Shown: positions 16,525 through 29,560 of the stretch, piece after piece
Layout: each line of letters opens with the position of its first letter
Numbering within the stretch: the first letter of the stretch is position 1
Assembly (NCBI GenBank): GCA_964016885.1
Contig: OZ024745.1
Span: 130,076,001-130,140,000 of the forward strand
Direction: 5' to 3'
Source of the DNA: Eledone cirrhosa
Taxonomy: Eukaryota
Length of the DNA stretch: 64,000 nucleotides
Translations under genes and position numbers: made by a program
Notes under the pieces: model-generated
Told to the model about the DNA's origin: nothing
Databases searched by the model: none
Seen by the model: only the letters and a program-made list of their open reading frames with translations

Positions 16525-16529
<5 letters not shown>
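16335..16529. mobile_element. Family A fold-back copy
   Basis: Palindrome centred on GGACTAAATTTAGTCC; (TA)n on both sides. Confidence 0.82.
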
Positions 16530-16565
<36 letters not shown>

Positions 16566-16778
16566 GAGAGTCCGGTCCCGACGTTTGAGAGGTCTTGCCA
16601 TTTCGACAGCTAATTTCACAGATCGGAAATATCTTTCGAAAAGCGAAAGCTGAGCCGTCGAAACCCGACTCTCTAATATAGTTACACTATTCTATCCAAA
16701 ATATCAAATACTCCGTTGAATAATTGCCTTAATTGTTTAAAACTGTTCAAATCCTGATATCCTGATACATATCTATAT

Positions 16779-17410
16779 CTAAGGCGGGTAAAATTCCCGA
16801 GATCCATGGACGAGTTCTCTCCAGCGGTCTCTGTCCCTCATTATCGCTGCCATGTCCTGCGTCTCCAACAGACCAGTGTCTGTCCTTAGGGCATCAACAT
16901 ACGTTAACCTTGGTCTTCCTCTTCTAGTGTGTCCATGTAGGGGCTCCCAAAGGAGCACTGAGTGCAATGTCAACTCTGGATGTCGGTGAGCATGTCCAGC
17001 TAACCTCAATCTCCTCTGTGTCACTTTTGAACTGACTTTTGGGATGCTCCCATACAGCTCTGAGTTTTTCATCCTCAGTGTATACTGATTAATGTTCAGA
17101 GTCATCCTCAACATTCTCGTAGAGAATGTTGAGAAGCCAGAGGGGATCACTAATGTAGGCGGGAAGCCGCTAGAATTGGTTGAGGGCTTCCTGTATTTGG
17201 GAGCAAAGATTGGGAATACGGAAGATGATGTGGTTGAGAGGAAGAGCAAGGCCTGGGCGGCGTGCCACAGCTTGAGATCGGTGTGGAAGTCGGACCTTCG
17301 TAGAGACCTGAAAGTCCGCCTCTTCATTGCTGTAGTGGAGTCTGTGCTGCTGTATGGGTCTGAGACTTGGACACTGACCAAGAAACTCACTCAGATGGTA
17401 GATGGGTGCT
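16779..17410. mobile_element. RTE-group LINE 3' fragment with 5' inversion
   Basis: Plus strand FLYLG...VESVLLYGSETWTL...VDGC continues on the minus strand as TRMLRM...RLRLAGH...RGRPRLTY...DRDRWR. Confidence 0.9.
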
Positions 17411-18109
17411 GATATATATAAATATATATATATATACGTCAATACTCAACTTTCTCCAACTCTCTGAGGGTTCGAAACCCCACTAAAAGGCTAAAGATTT
17501 CTTTAGTCAAAAAGTACGGTGAAAGCTTCTATTTCCTAATTTCAAACTTGCTCGCTGTTTCAAAACATACTTACTTGATATATATATATATATATTAGAA
17601 CGTCCCTTGGAACAGGTAAAAGCGTTATATATATGCTGGGGCATTGGTCTAGTTGTTACATTCTCCGTTTCTGTCCTTCTTATCCATTCGTGAAGAGAGT
17701 TTAACAGCTACATCCATCATATATATAACTCATTTTATTTTTGTCAATATTATCTTGTTTTTATACTAGATATGTAGGTTTGGCAATACACATTAACCTT
17801 CTGGCCAGAAACAAACGTGTGTTGGTACTCCTCCATGACATTCTCTTAATTCTTTTTCAATTCTTTTGGAATTTTATTATTCACAGTTGTATAAATAACA
17901 TTACAAATATTTACAAAGCTCGCTTAAAAACCATTGATGATTACATACATATGAAAAAGAAAGATAAAAGCAAAATTATGTATGAGTAAATGGGGAAAGG
18001 GTAAATAGGGGCAGATCTGACTGTATGGGAAACTAGAAGTAAGCGCTATAAGTGCCTTAAATGAGAGAAAACTCTAGAACCACAGAAGAAAGTGGGGAAG
18101 GTGATGGAT

Positions 18110-18390
18110 TTAGGCCTAGAGTGCGATGGTGTTGTGGCTACACTCCGTAGACAATACTACAAAAGCATTTGCGCGGACAATGGTAAGCGACACACTCGGC
18201 AACGGCAACCGCACCTCGTGGGGCACCTTCCTCAGAGAGGCTACTGACTTTCCAATCTTGCGGAGCAGCTCGCCAGTCCAGGGTCCGAGGACATCTGAGG
18301 TCACGACAGCGAGCGTTGCAAAGAGGAAGCGGCCAGAAAATCCTGGTATCTGTTTGTTTTATTCTCCTCTGCATTGCGGGCCGCATATTA
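18110..18390 (-). mobile_element. CRE-like non-LTR restriction-like endonuclease remnant
   Basis: VLGPWTGELLRKIG...VSLTIVRANAFVVL resembles the ETLGxW...S.AI.RGNA..VL C-terminus. Confidence 0.55.
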
Positions 18391-18722
18391 GTGGCAGGGA
18401 GTAAATTCTTGATAATTCACATCTCTCCTAGTATCTCATTTCTATTATTGAAATATCCTCGTCGCTGCATCATCGTGGGAGTGTTAACGTTTGATATAAT
18501 GGGGGTGGATGTAGTTAAAAGTATTAAACCAAGTGGTTGTAGATTTAATTAAACATATATACATGCAATGTTCTTTATTACATAAGAAAACATAATGTTC
18601 TTTCATATTTTCGGGCATTTCACACAAAACCTATAATTGGTCAATAAATCTATCCATCTTTGCGTCTTTTAATCTGTTCGTATATATGTGTGTGTGTATA
18701 TACATATATATATATATATGTA

Positions 18723-19124
18723 TCACCGGGAGAGATGACCCCTTAGCCTTTGTCAAGGCAGAATTCTAGGAGAAGGAAAACTCTGATATAACACCTGCAA
18801 CCCTGATGGTATCCAATGATGTTGACTTGTTCTTCTTTTTGGTAAATATCATCTTGGTTAAGGGAGTGGGACTGGCTTTGTGCAGTGCCTTTGCTCACTA
18901 TAAAAGCTTCACGGCAAAGGCATGGCTTTATATCTGGAGATCTCTCTGCACTTGTTGTCACATGGTACCATGGGCCCAGCACTATGTGTCAATAATTGTC
19001 ACAAGTGTAGTGTTTGTACCAGAGTTTTCAAGTCGCTGGCTGGACTAAAAAGTCACACTCGTTCAGCGCATCGGTAGGGGTTCTCCTAGATGGATATAAA
19101 GTATTGGCCGTACTCGAAAACGAG
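18723..19124 (+). mobile_element. Second copy of the 43.8 kb repeat
   Basis: Direct sequence similarity to 44001-44406. Confidence 0.8.
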
Positions 19125-19169
19125 TTGGCAGCCACCATATATGTATCTATGTGTACACATATATGTATA

Positions 19170-19256
<87 letters not shown>

Positions 19257-19307
19257 ATATATATATATACATATATATATGTATCTATGTGTACACATAT
19301 ATGTATA

Positions 19308-19362
<55 letters not shown>

Positions 19363-19409
19363 ATACATATATATATGTATCTATGTGTACACATATATGT
19401 ATATATATG

Positions 19410-19485
<76 letters not shown>

Positions 19486-19661
19486 CGTGTGTGTGTTTGT
19501 GTGTATGTGTGTGTGTATGTATGTATGTACATATATGTGTGATATGTGTGTTGGAAAAAAAAAACTCATTTTCTAATATATATATATATAATTGTTTCAT
19601 ATATAATATTAAATAAATACGGGAACACAGAATTAGTGTTGCATCATATACTTATTTAATT

Positions 19662-19753
19662 ACATATTACATATGTTTCACTGCCGATCAGCTCGAGGAA
19701 CGATCGAGTAATGATCGTCCCTCACTCTGGAATCGGAAGCTCCTCAGAAATGT
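19662..19753 (-). ncRNA. Type I hammerhead ribozyme, intact core, very long stem II
   Basis: Minus strand ACATTT-CTGAGGA-~60 nt hairpin (CCGAT/ATCGG, GAGGGACGATC/GATCGTTCCTC)-GAAA-CATATG-TA-ATATGT. One mismatch in stem I. Confidence 0.8.
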
Positions 19754-20173
19754 TTTACATGTAGACTCGCGTTTGATATACATATGTGTGTGTGTGTATA
19801 TATATAGAGAGAGAGATAGATATATGTTGGTTAGGAATGTAACTACAGTTACAAGCGGCACGCCGTTCGAAACACTCGGTGCTGTTAGCTGTTTCTTTGC
19901 ACATATACACTCGCATATCTTGATTGTACCCTGATGTGATCTACATCGAAACAATTGTAATATACCAATAAAGGTTCTACATATGCCGCAACACTGACTT
20001 CGATTCTACTTAATCTATCTCTCTCTCCCTCCCTATCTTCCTCTCTCTCTCTCAGTACTTTGAGAAAACAACACTAAACTTCACCACTGAGCATATAAAA
20101 AGAATAAAAATAAAAGATGTAAGCTTTATTCCATCGTTACATTTTTCTGGGGTATTTTTCTATTCAAATTCTG

Positions 20174-20234
20174 GCTGTCTGAGGAGGTCATAGCTGATGT
20201 ATAATGATTACCACCGAAATAAATATATAACGAC
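20174..20234 (+). ncRNA. Hammerhead, intact core, weakened stems (family of 25927-25981)
   Basis: GCTGT-CTGAGGA-GGT...ACC-GAAA-TAAATATA-TA-ACGAC, followed by the same AATAAACGAAG tail. Confidence 0.65.
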
Positions 20235-20281
20235 GAATATGAATAAACGAAGTTAATCTTAACCTGAGGACTTGCACTTCT

Positions 20282-20357
<76 letters not shown>

Positions 20358-20480
20358 ATGGTTGCAATTAAATGCATCCGTAGGCGGTATGCCGTTTGAG
20401 CACTCGATGCTCGCGCAGAGCAGAGTATACTATTATAGATAACGAGGAATCAGTGATGCATTATAACACAATTTATTAAC

Positions 20481-20568
20481 ATATTACATGTGTTTCTCCG
20501 ACGATCAGCTCAAGGCAGGATCTGTTAGAGATCGAACCTTATTCTGCATTCGCAAGTCCCTCAGATAT
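20481..20568 (-). ncRNA. Degenerate hammerhead, same family as 19662-19753
   Basis: Minus strand ATAT-CTGAGGG-long hairpin-GAAA-CACATG-TA-ATAT. Last core A changed to G. Confidence 0.6.
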
Positions 20569-20991
20569 CTTTTGCGTTTTCATATATATATATATATACA
20601 TTTGTTTAAATGATTAATTCTGTGTGTCGCTCGGACCACACTTGGTAATTAAGGCAAACGTATGCCTAATTCAGCACTCAACGCTGATGGTACCATTACA
20701 TACATGGTATAAGTCTTTATATGATCGGTATTCGATGGAGTGTAGATGCACTAATTAATACGAAGATAGGAAGTTAATTTTCACATTTAGTTTCACGCTC
20801 GTGTGTAGGTGCGTTTGCTACTGTATAACTCCTTTATTATACCCTGCTGAAAATGAACATGCGATTTCTTCAGCAATATTACTCCTTTTAATAGCAGCAT
20901 TCATCTGAATATCTTAATTCTCCTCTTTCTTGTCGTCACTTTCTTAGTCCCCACCCCCTCTCTTTCTCTCTCTCGCTCTCATTATCTCTCA

Positions 20992-21023
<32 letters not shown>

Positions 21024-21050
21024 TTATCCTTCTCTCTATCAATCTATCTA

Positions 21051-21111
<61 letters not shown>

Positions 21112-22681
21112 TTCTAACTCTCCTGTCTGCCAAATAGCCATGCCATTTCTGAAAATTACTATCAAATTTTATAACATTAATAAGGAAGTAATAAAAAATA
21201 CGAAAGTTACAAACTCTCATGTGATATGCAAACGTACCTGCTATTTGACAAAATCTAAAAGAATCTCTTTTTCTTGAAATACACATGTAATATTTTGCTA
21301 TTAATTGAAGCAGAAATCAATATTCACGTTTGTTCGGCATTTGTAAAATATTCCACAATATTGCATTGAAATGTGGTATTTTGCTTTAAGAAAATATCAA
21401 AGTAAAAACAGAAAATATTGTAGAAGCAAATTTCTCTTGAATAACTAATTAGATACTCTTTGACGAATTAATTAAACGTCTCTTAATGTATATGGATCGA
21501 CAAGTTTGTTGTTTGATTCTGATTTCTATATCGTAGGGTGGAAGTAAATATAACTGCAGCAAGCAAGAAATTCAATCGCTATAATATTCTTTAACTAGGA
21601 TTGCTGACGTCAGATTATCAATTCCATAAGGTTTCACAGCTATTGGAGGATTTTTTAATTATTTTTGTTGTTGCTGTTATTTCTATTGTTGTTGTTGTTG
21701 TTGTGGTGGTTGCTGCAATGATGGACTTGTTTTATTGATGCTTTTACATTTATTACCACTTTTTGCTGGGGTAGTAGGTAGGTGTGGTTGTTGACATTGA
21801 TGCGGTATTAAATTAATTAACAACCACTACAGCATAGAAACACATGGATAAAATAGAAATAACAAATAAACTAAACCTAATCTAATATATTTACAACAGA
21901 AAACAATGAAAACAGCAATAAGAAAATCATTATGAGAATCAAGCAAATGACAGCTATATCATAGAAAGTACACAAACAATATAATTTATCAGTTCCATCA
22001 ATCAATACGAGTGGATTATAAAAAGTGATTGACCGATGCGCAAAAGATGTAGGCCTACACGTGACAGTAAAATAATTGTTCCAGCGATAAGTAATTAGAA
22101 AGGAAATAACTCACTGTAAAAGTAACATACATTCCTTAGCACGTGCTATTATTATTCAAATCCCGCTGAGGTTATCTTTTTGTTTCATCCTTGTAGGGTC
22201 GATACAATAAAGTACCAGTAAACACTGAGGCCGATTTACTCCTCTCCCCTCATTCCGGCTGCTGGCCTTGCGCCTATAGTAGAAACAATTATTCCAAGGT
22301 ATAAAGAAGAACATATATTGTAAAGTAAATTGATCTGGAAAAGAGAAAGTGTGCAAAACTAGAACAAACAACACGCAGGATATGCTTTTATCGGCGACAT
22401 ATTTAATTACATAACAAATATTTATGTGTAGCAGCAGAGCGGATATTACAAAACGTCTAAGATGTGTAATGATATAAATAGCGTTTGATTATGGTTCACG
22501 TTGTGGACAGCTTGATAGGACTTTTTTTTCCCGATTTGTTTAATGTTTCAATGCAGAGATGAATATATTCATATCAAGGCTAAATGTGAATGTTGTTACT
22601 ATAGAATTTCACATTTGTATTCACAAGGTCGTCAAAAGAGATAGTCTGACGGCTCAGGTTTGGCCTCAATAACGGACATTT

Positions 22682-22712
<31 letters not shown>

Positions 22713-22822
22713 AGCCGTCATATATATATATATATATGCGAGTTCCGGTTTCAATTAGGGGTAATCACCGGAAGTTACTCAATACATTAGTAGAATGTAT
22801 ACATCATGATGAATATATAACT

Positions 22823-22872
22823 GGTATCTACAGGACCTGAGCTGATTCATTCGTATGAAATCCTCAGGAATG
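22823..22872 (-). ncRNA. Degenerate hammerhead, family of 7255-7305
   Basis: Minus strand CTGAGGA-tTTCatacGAAt-GAAT-CAG..CTG-TA. A third, internally deleted relative lies at ~33076-33135. Confidence 0.55.
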
Positions 22873-23255
22873 ATGTCGAACCACTTTGCTACTGGGTGGA
22901 TGTGCATGACCACCGGCATATCACAATGGTTGCATAAGCAATAATTGCGTAGACATCTGACGAAGTCACATGAATAATTATGTAACAGAAATGTATATAA
23001 TGAAATAAACAATTGTGGTGATTTAATCCCGTCTTAACTACCGAGTTCAAATCCCTCCGAGGCTGAGTACAAATCCCGCCGAAGTTAACTTTGCCTTTCA
23101 TCCTTACGGGGTCAATAAAATAAAGTACCAGTAATGCCCTGTGATAATAGCTGGCCTTGTACCAAAGCTAGAAACAATTATTTGATATATATATATACTT
23201 GCTTTTATATTTTAAAAACGAAATCGTTTTATATACATACATACACACACACACA

Positions 23256-23338
<83 letters not shown>

Positions 23339-23812
23339 TATACTTCATATGTGGGCGTGTGTGTGTGTGCGTATGCATTTATAAATATATGTATGTATAA
23401 ATATATTCACGAATACATCACAGCTATTATTTATGAACAAAATTACATGATAGTAATTTTTATATAATAGTAATCTAACTGATGATGTGCCTAATACTAT
23501 GTATTTGTGAAGATATCGATTTATATAATTATCAGTTGGCATATAAGAAATCAATTGCAAATTTAGGGTTGTCTATTTGTTTGTTCAAATCATGCCGACA
23601 TCCAGATTCCTTCTCATATTCCAGGAATGATAACTTTTATTGTGGGGTAATAGTGCATTCGATGTAACCGAATGACTCAAGTTCAAGTACACCCAAAACG
23701 CATATATGTAAAGATATATATATATAAGCATATATAAATATATATGCTTATGTTCGTTAATGAAGCCAAACATAAGGGTAACCATAAGCACAACTTATAC
23801 ACACCCCCACAT

Positions 23813-23876
<64 letters not shown>

Positions 23877-23877
23877 A

Positions 23878-24534
23878 AAACACTAGAGAGAGATGCAGTA
23901 CGCCATCAATAAAACAGGGTGCCCATGATTTTCTCTCCTTTGAGCACATTATTTACAGGGAACGGCAAGAGTCTATGGCTCCGTTAATGTATCGTCATGT
24001 TCCTTATAACAGTCTTTCTCCGCTCACTCTGTTTGGTTGAGTACACTTCTCTGAGTGGTTTTGGGCTGCCCTTTCAAGCAGCTCGTCTCTCAGAGGCCAC
24101 TGGTTCACTGCCCTTAAATACGCCGTGGCTTCTCTCTCCCACGTGTAGTTGGACGGCCAGTTTAAAAATTCTCTTAGTGTTGTCTGAAATGTATAGCCTA
24201 ACACACGCTGATGAACCTGGGTTATTTCATTTCCGTCAACAACTTACTGGCGAAACAGATCACTTTGGATTTGTACGTGTGTTATATAGCTATCGAGGTA
24301 TTTGTTTACGCTTTAATTTATATTTTTAATTATCGTGTCTATAGTCTGCCTTTCATAGGTTATAGATTCCATACACTGCTGGTTTTTCCCTGTTTTATTG
24401 ATGGCGCACTGTATCTCTCTCTAGTGTGTTACCTTTTCAACATATTGTATTTTAAAGTGCCCAGGATTTCCACTCCTTTGAGCACATTATTTACAGGGAA
24501 CGGCGAGAGTCTATGGCTCTGTTAACGTATCGTG
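23878..24534 (+). mobile_element. Non-coding HHR element with PLE-type architecture
   Basis: ~75-bp direct terminal repeats (23919-23995 and 24457-24533), a 5' inverted copy (23880-23919) of 24388-24428, a central intact HHR and (TA)n flanks. Confidence 0.8.
24199..24284 (+). ncRNA. Type I hammerhead ribozyme, intact core
   Basis: TAACACACG-CTGATGA-stem II (CC.TGGGTT...AACTTA..GG)-GAAA-CAGATC(loop)GATTTG-TA-CGTGTGTTA. 9-bp perfect stem I, 6-bp stem III, GUA cleavage triplet at 24273-24275. Confidence 0.9.
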
Positions 24535-24543
24535 ATATATAAG

Positions 24544-24574
<31 letters not shown>

Positions 24575-24651
24575 GTATGTATATATATACACTCATGTAC
24601 CAATAACCACACACACACATTTATATATATATATACATGCCCACACACAGA

Positions 24652-24695
<44 letters not shown>

Positions 24696-24736
24696 TTGTA
24701 TGTATGTATGCGTGTGTGTGTATGAATATATATAAT

Positions 24737-24922
24737 AATTGTATCTATTTTTGGCACAAGGCCAGAAATTATACCAGTACATTACTGGTACTTTATTTTA
24801 TCGACCCCGTAACGATGAAAGGCAAAGATAACCTTGGTGGGATTTGAATTCAGAACGTAAAGGGACGTAACTATGCTGTAAATCATGGCGTCCGATCCTC
24901 TACCGATACTGCCAATCCACCG
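24737..24922 (-). mobile_element. SINE family 1
   Basis: Consensus match. Confidence 0.88.
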
Positions 24923-25558
24923 CTTAATGCATATATATAATAAGCTATGCATTTATGCATATATGCATATGAGGTTTCGTTTATATTTGATTAAGAAGTT
25001 TCCCATCTTCGTCTACCGATATGTTTCAGCTAAACAGAAATATCTTAATTAGTTGAATATTTGTAAGCAGATGTTATTTTTACGAAAGAAAATCCTTTCA
25101 CTACAGATAAAAATATTGAAGTTTAAATGAAACACTTTATATTCACAGTTGGAAATCTCATATAATGGTTATTGTTAAGTTGTCAACTAAAGCCGTTTTT
25201 TGTCTCTACCATATGCTACCACTTTTAATTTCCGTACATATGATAGAAGAATATATCATTGTAATTCTTATAATTAGTATATTACACATTAACTCTATTG
25301 TCTTAAATGCATTGTTGATTTCTTACAGACGTCTTGTTAAAATGTCATGCTGACTACTCACAAACTAATACGGTTAGCTAGCCTTATATATAAAAAAAAT
25401 TAACTAATATACTTAGGACTGAATATTTGCATAGCACCAATCCTAATTCCTAATTTTTACTGGACCGGCAATCACACTGTGTAATAAACTCCTGATTATT
25501 CCTGGAATTCTATAATAATCCAGCTTCTATAATTTTCGGTGGAACCAGTGGAGTGCGT

Positions 25559-25600
25559 GGTTCTGGTGAACGCCAACCAGCGTGAAACAGACTGTCAACC
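25559..25600 (+). ncRNA. Hammerhead with one core substitution (CTGGTGA)
   Basis: GGTT-CTGGTGA-ACGCcaaccaGCGT-GAAA-CAGACTG-TC-AACC. All three stems are present. Confidence 0.72.
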
Positions 25601-25685
25601 TCTCTCCCTCTTTAAAACTGGTAGCATATAGTCTTCTATAGTTTAATTAAACATACGGTATATTGCCAAATATATGATACATACA

Positions 25686-25783
<98 letters not shown>

Positions 25784-25926
25784 AGTATATGTTGGTTGTA
25801 TACCAACACCTCAGTATGCAGATTGGAGCACTCAACGAAGTGCGCAGGTTGGATTGGTTACTCCGGATTAATGTAAAATAAAATAAAATAAATAATTCAA
25901 ATGTTTAAAATTTGGCTTCGTTTATT

Positions 25927-25981
25927 ACTGCTATATATATTTCGGTGACAGCCATCTTTGGCTGTGACCTCTTCAGGCAGT
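25927..25981 (-). ncRNA. Type I hammerhead ribozyme, intact core (left arm of fold-back)
   Basis: Minus strand ACTGC-CTGAAGA-GGTcACAGCCA aaga TGGCTGTcACC-GAAA-TATATA-TA-GCAGT. Confidence 0.85.
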
Positions 25982-26184
25982 CCGAATTAGTGTGGTATAG
26001 ACGAGTACCCATGTTGTTGAGGTGTTTAACTTTGTCAATACTCTGATATGCCCAGTTCCTGGTTGGGTTGTTATCTCACTGAGGAACTGGAATCATATTG
26101 AATCATATCATTCCAGTTTCTCAGTGAAATAACAAGTTAAACACCTCAACAACATATGTACTCGTCTCTACCACACTAATTCGG

Positions 26185-26239
26185 ACTGCCCGAAGAGGTC
26201 ACAGCCAAATATGGCTGTCATCGAAATATATATAGCAGT
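26185..26239 (+). ncRNA. Hammerhead copy with core mutation (CCGAAGA)
   Basis: Inverted duplicate of 25927-25981 with CTGAAGA changed to CCGAAGA. Confidence 0.7.
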
Positions 26240-26289
26240 AATAAACGAAGCCAAATTTTAAACATTTGACTTATTTATTTCATTTTATT

Positions 26290-26321
<32 letters not shown>

Positions 26322-26489
26322 TTTAACTTTAATTATATCTCATAAAATAATACAACTGGCTTTCCACAAAATACATATAGTTAGCACCCCAAACACTTAA
26401 ATTGGGTTATACTAACATATAACCTAATGTTTGTTGAGTGAGATGGTTACCAGTCGGAGTTTAGCGTTAAGCTATCTCTGTTATTGTAT

Positions 26490-26526
<37 letters not shown>

Positions 26527-27558
26527 GGAAAAATAAAAAGAAAGGAGTGTTCATATTGGTGATCAGTTACAAAGCCTGTACTAACCGAGTGATGCAAACG
26601 CATTATTTAGCGATCCATATTGCTGAGTTAATATCCATGTAGATGCCACCTGCATTACCTTTTAGCACAAAACATACTGTGACGTTATTCTCATTAGTTC
26701 GCATACCCACCACTTTGATACCATCACACATGATCACTAACGTTTTATAATTATGATCGCATGTAACAAACAAACAAACAAAAAATATAACAACAAAAAA
26801 ATATTGTGCCACCGATATAAACGCAAACAACATCGTAAGCATTTCGCATGCTGAGACTTATAACATACATTAACATGCAACTATTCTTTTTCAAAAATCA
26901 AGTCTGGTGTATAAATCCATAATTTACCGTCTCAGGCCTTGTTAATTGAATAAATAAAAGAATAAATGAAAATAATACCTATGATATTTTCAAACAGTCA
27001 TAATTAATATATTCAATGAATTCGATCGTATTTTTAGCAAGAATTTGCTCGACATAAGTGATTGTCTATAGGTGACTTTAAATTTTGAATATTGACGCAA
27101 TTACGTATTCAATACATTTTGTCATCTAACATTTATTTTTGTTCACCTTGATTTTCTTCCGCTCAATTCGATTTATTAATATTTGATTTTACTTCTAAGA
27201 TTTATTCCATTCTATTTCTGAATGTCACAGACTATACGGATACTATGTGGGTGAAAGTTTTTTTTTTTAAATTTAGTATCACTTTGGTTGAGTGGAAAAC
27301 CAAACAAACTCAATGTCTCTTCCACTGATGTCGCACACTAAAGTTTAGAGAGTCTACATGGTGTAGATTTTATGGCTAAATCACATTAGTTTTAAATAAA
27401 AGATGTTAATCCGAGGATCATCAGCTTATCCTTTCGTCATATCTTTTTGATTGTCTACCCTGGCGTATACTCTGTACGCTTGAAATATCGATTTGAAATA
27501 TTTCGAATTCACACTCTATTGGCTCTATCTTGCATTATCAATCTCAACCTACATTATA

Positions 27559-27917
27559 TGGGTGGATTTGCAGTATCGGTAGAGTATCAGACACCATGCT
27601 TTTCGGTATAGTTATGGCCCTTTAGGTTCTGAGTACAAATCCTGCCAAGGTTAACTTTGCCTTTTATCCTTACGGAGAAAAGAGACATCTTGGCTTATTT
27701 GGCGACCGGCTCTCGGACAGTTCACTCACGAGCGAGTTTGTTAACCTTATTATATCTGTATCGAATTAAATTAGTGGTTGGCCTGCAGTGGCGTTTACCA
27801 AAGTAAATAACCCTGTGACCAATTCACGAAAAAAGTATCAGTAATTCACTGGGTCGATTTAATCGACTTTCCCCTCCCCTCTAATTGGTGGCCTTGTGCC
27901 TATACTAGAAATCATTA
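27559..27917 (+). mobile_element. SINE family 1 interrupted by a ~155-bp insert
   Basis: 5' half ends at ~27675; 3' half resumes at ~27833. Confidence 0.75.
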
Positions 27918-28192
27918 TATGGGAAATCACCCCTTGATAATCAATGAGGGAACAAGTTAAGTGCAGTGTAGGTGTTTCTGCAGTCAACTTCATATACAAT
28001 ATATATAAAATTGAGTAAGGATACAACATTCGTACAATTAAGATATACTTTATAGACAACATAAGGAATTCACTGAATTCCTGTTTCTTAACATAAAATA
28101 ATTTTAATAAATATTTCAAATCATTACGTAGACTTTATATAAGATTTCCAAGAGTTTCGTAATCAAGCAAGCAAGCTTGAGTGGAGCATAAA

Positions 28193-28371
28193 TAATTGTT
28201 TCTACTTTTGGCACAAGACCATCAATTACCCAGTACATTACTGGTTCTTTATTTTATCGACCCCGTAAGGATGAAAGGCAAAGTTAACCTCAGCGGGATT
28301 TGAACTCAGATCATAAAGGGCCATAACTCTTTGCTGCAAAGCACGGCGTCCGACCTTTTACTGATACTGCC
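28193..28371 (-). mobile_element. SINE family 1
   Basis: Consensus match. Confidence 0.88.
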
Positions 28372-28760
28372 ACAAATCTTAAGATATCACAGCCATTGAT
28401 AACTGTAGGATGAGAAAAGCTAGTCACAAGCGGCAGTTGTTTAATAAGCCACTTAGGTGTCATCTGTTTGAAAAAGAATTGATGGACTGGGGCTTCAAAT
28501 AAACGAGTATAAATATTATATTTTACATATTGGGAAAAGAAGATTAAGATTATTATAAAGCGTAAGAAATATTAGCCGTTGAGTGTGAAATATGGATTTC
28601 ATAAAATCTCATATCACTGGAGACGTATTATATTAAAAGACAATAGAGGATATGATAAATGTGCCACTGCATAAGTATTTCACTTAATACAGTATTGACA
28701 TAAATGCCTTAATAAATATATACCGAACCACGAAGACGAGATGATGCGTTGAAGTAAATG

Positions 28761-28828
<68 letters not shown>

Positions 28829-29070
28829 CATGAAGTCAAAGTGATCCCGATTGTCATAGGCGCACTGGGGACTATCTCCAAAGGTTTCCAGGGATGGTTA
28901 AAGAAAATCGGCCCCTTCACGCTTTTTGGAACGCTTCAAAAGGCATGCTTGCTTGGAACGGCAAGAACCCTCCGATACGTCCTGAATATCTGAGGCTGCA
29001 GGTAGTGGCTTGATATTCAATCCAACGGACTTTCCAGTTAACCAACATCAATGACTGAGATTCAAGGAAT
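28829..29070 (+). mobile_element. R4/Dong-like non-LTR element, short 3' copy in (TAA)n
   Basis: Near-identical to 29272-29512; (TAA)n on both sides. Confidence 0.85.
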
Positions 29071-29079
29071 AACAATGAC

Positions 29080-29118
<39 letters not shown>

Positions 29119-29119
<1 letters not shown>

Positions 29120-29512
29120 GACCTGACCTGGTGGTTGTGGACAAAGAAAAAAGGTCGTGCCTGATTGTGGATGTGGCCTGCCCGTTCGACACGAGAGTGC
29201 AAGAGAAGGAGAGGGAGAAAATTAACCGATACCAGGACCTGAAGTGGGAGGTGAAAAGGATTTGGAACTGCCATGAAGTCAAAGTGATCCCGATTGTCAT
29301 AGGCGCACTGGGGACTATCTCCAAAAGTTTCCAGGGATGGTTAAAGAAAATCGGCCCCTTCACGCTTTTTGGAACGCTTCAAAAGGCATGCTTACTTGGA
29401 ACAGCAAGAACCCTCCGATACGTCCTGAATATCTGAGGCTGCAGGTAGTGGCTTGATATTCAATCCAACGGACTTTCCAGTTAACCAACATCAATGACTG
29501 AGATTCAAGGAA
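29119..29512 (+). mobile_element. R4/Dong-like non-LTR element, restriction-like endonuclease domain
   Basis: RPDLVVVDK...IVDVACP...EKINRYQDL...VIPIVIGALG; flanked by (TAA)n. Confidence 0.88.
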
Positions 29513-29519
29513 TAACAAC

Positions 29520-29560
<41 letters not shown>

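Larger units (their letters stand above)
25874..26292. repeat. Fold-back element with two HHR copies
   Basis: Arms ~25874-26030 and ~26136-26292; nested inner inverted repeat ~26068-26135. Confidence 0.9.
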
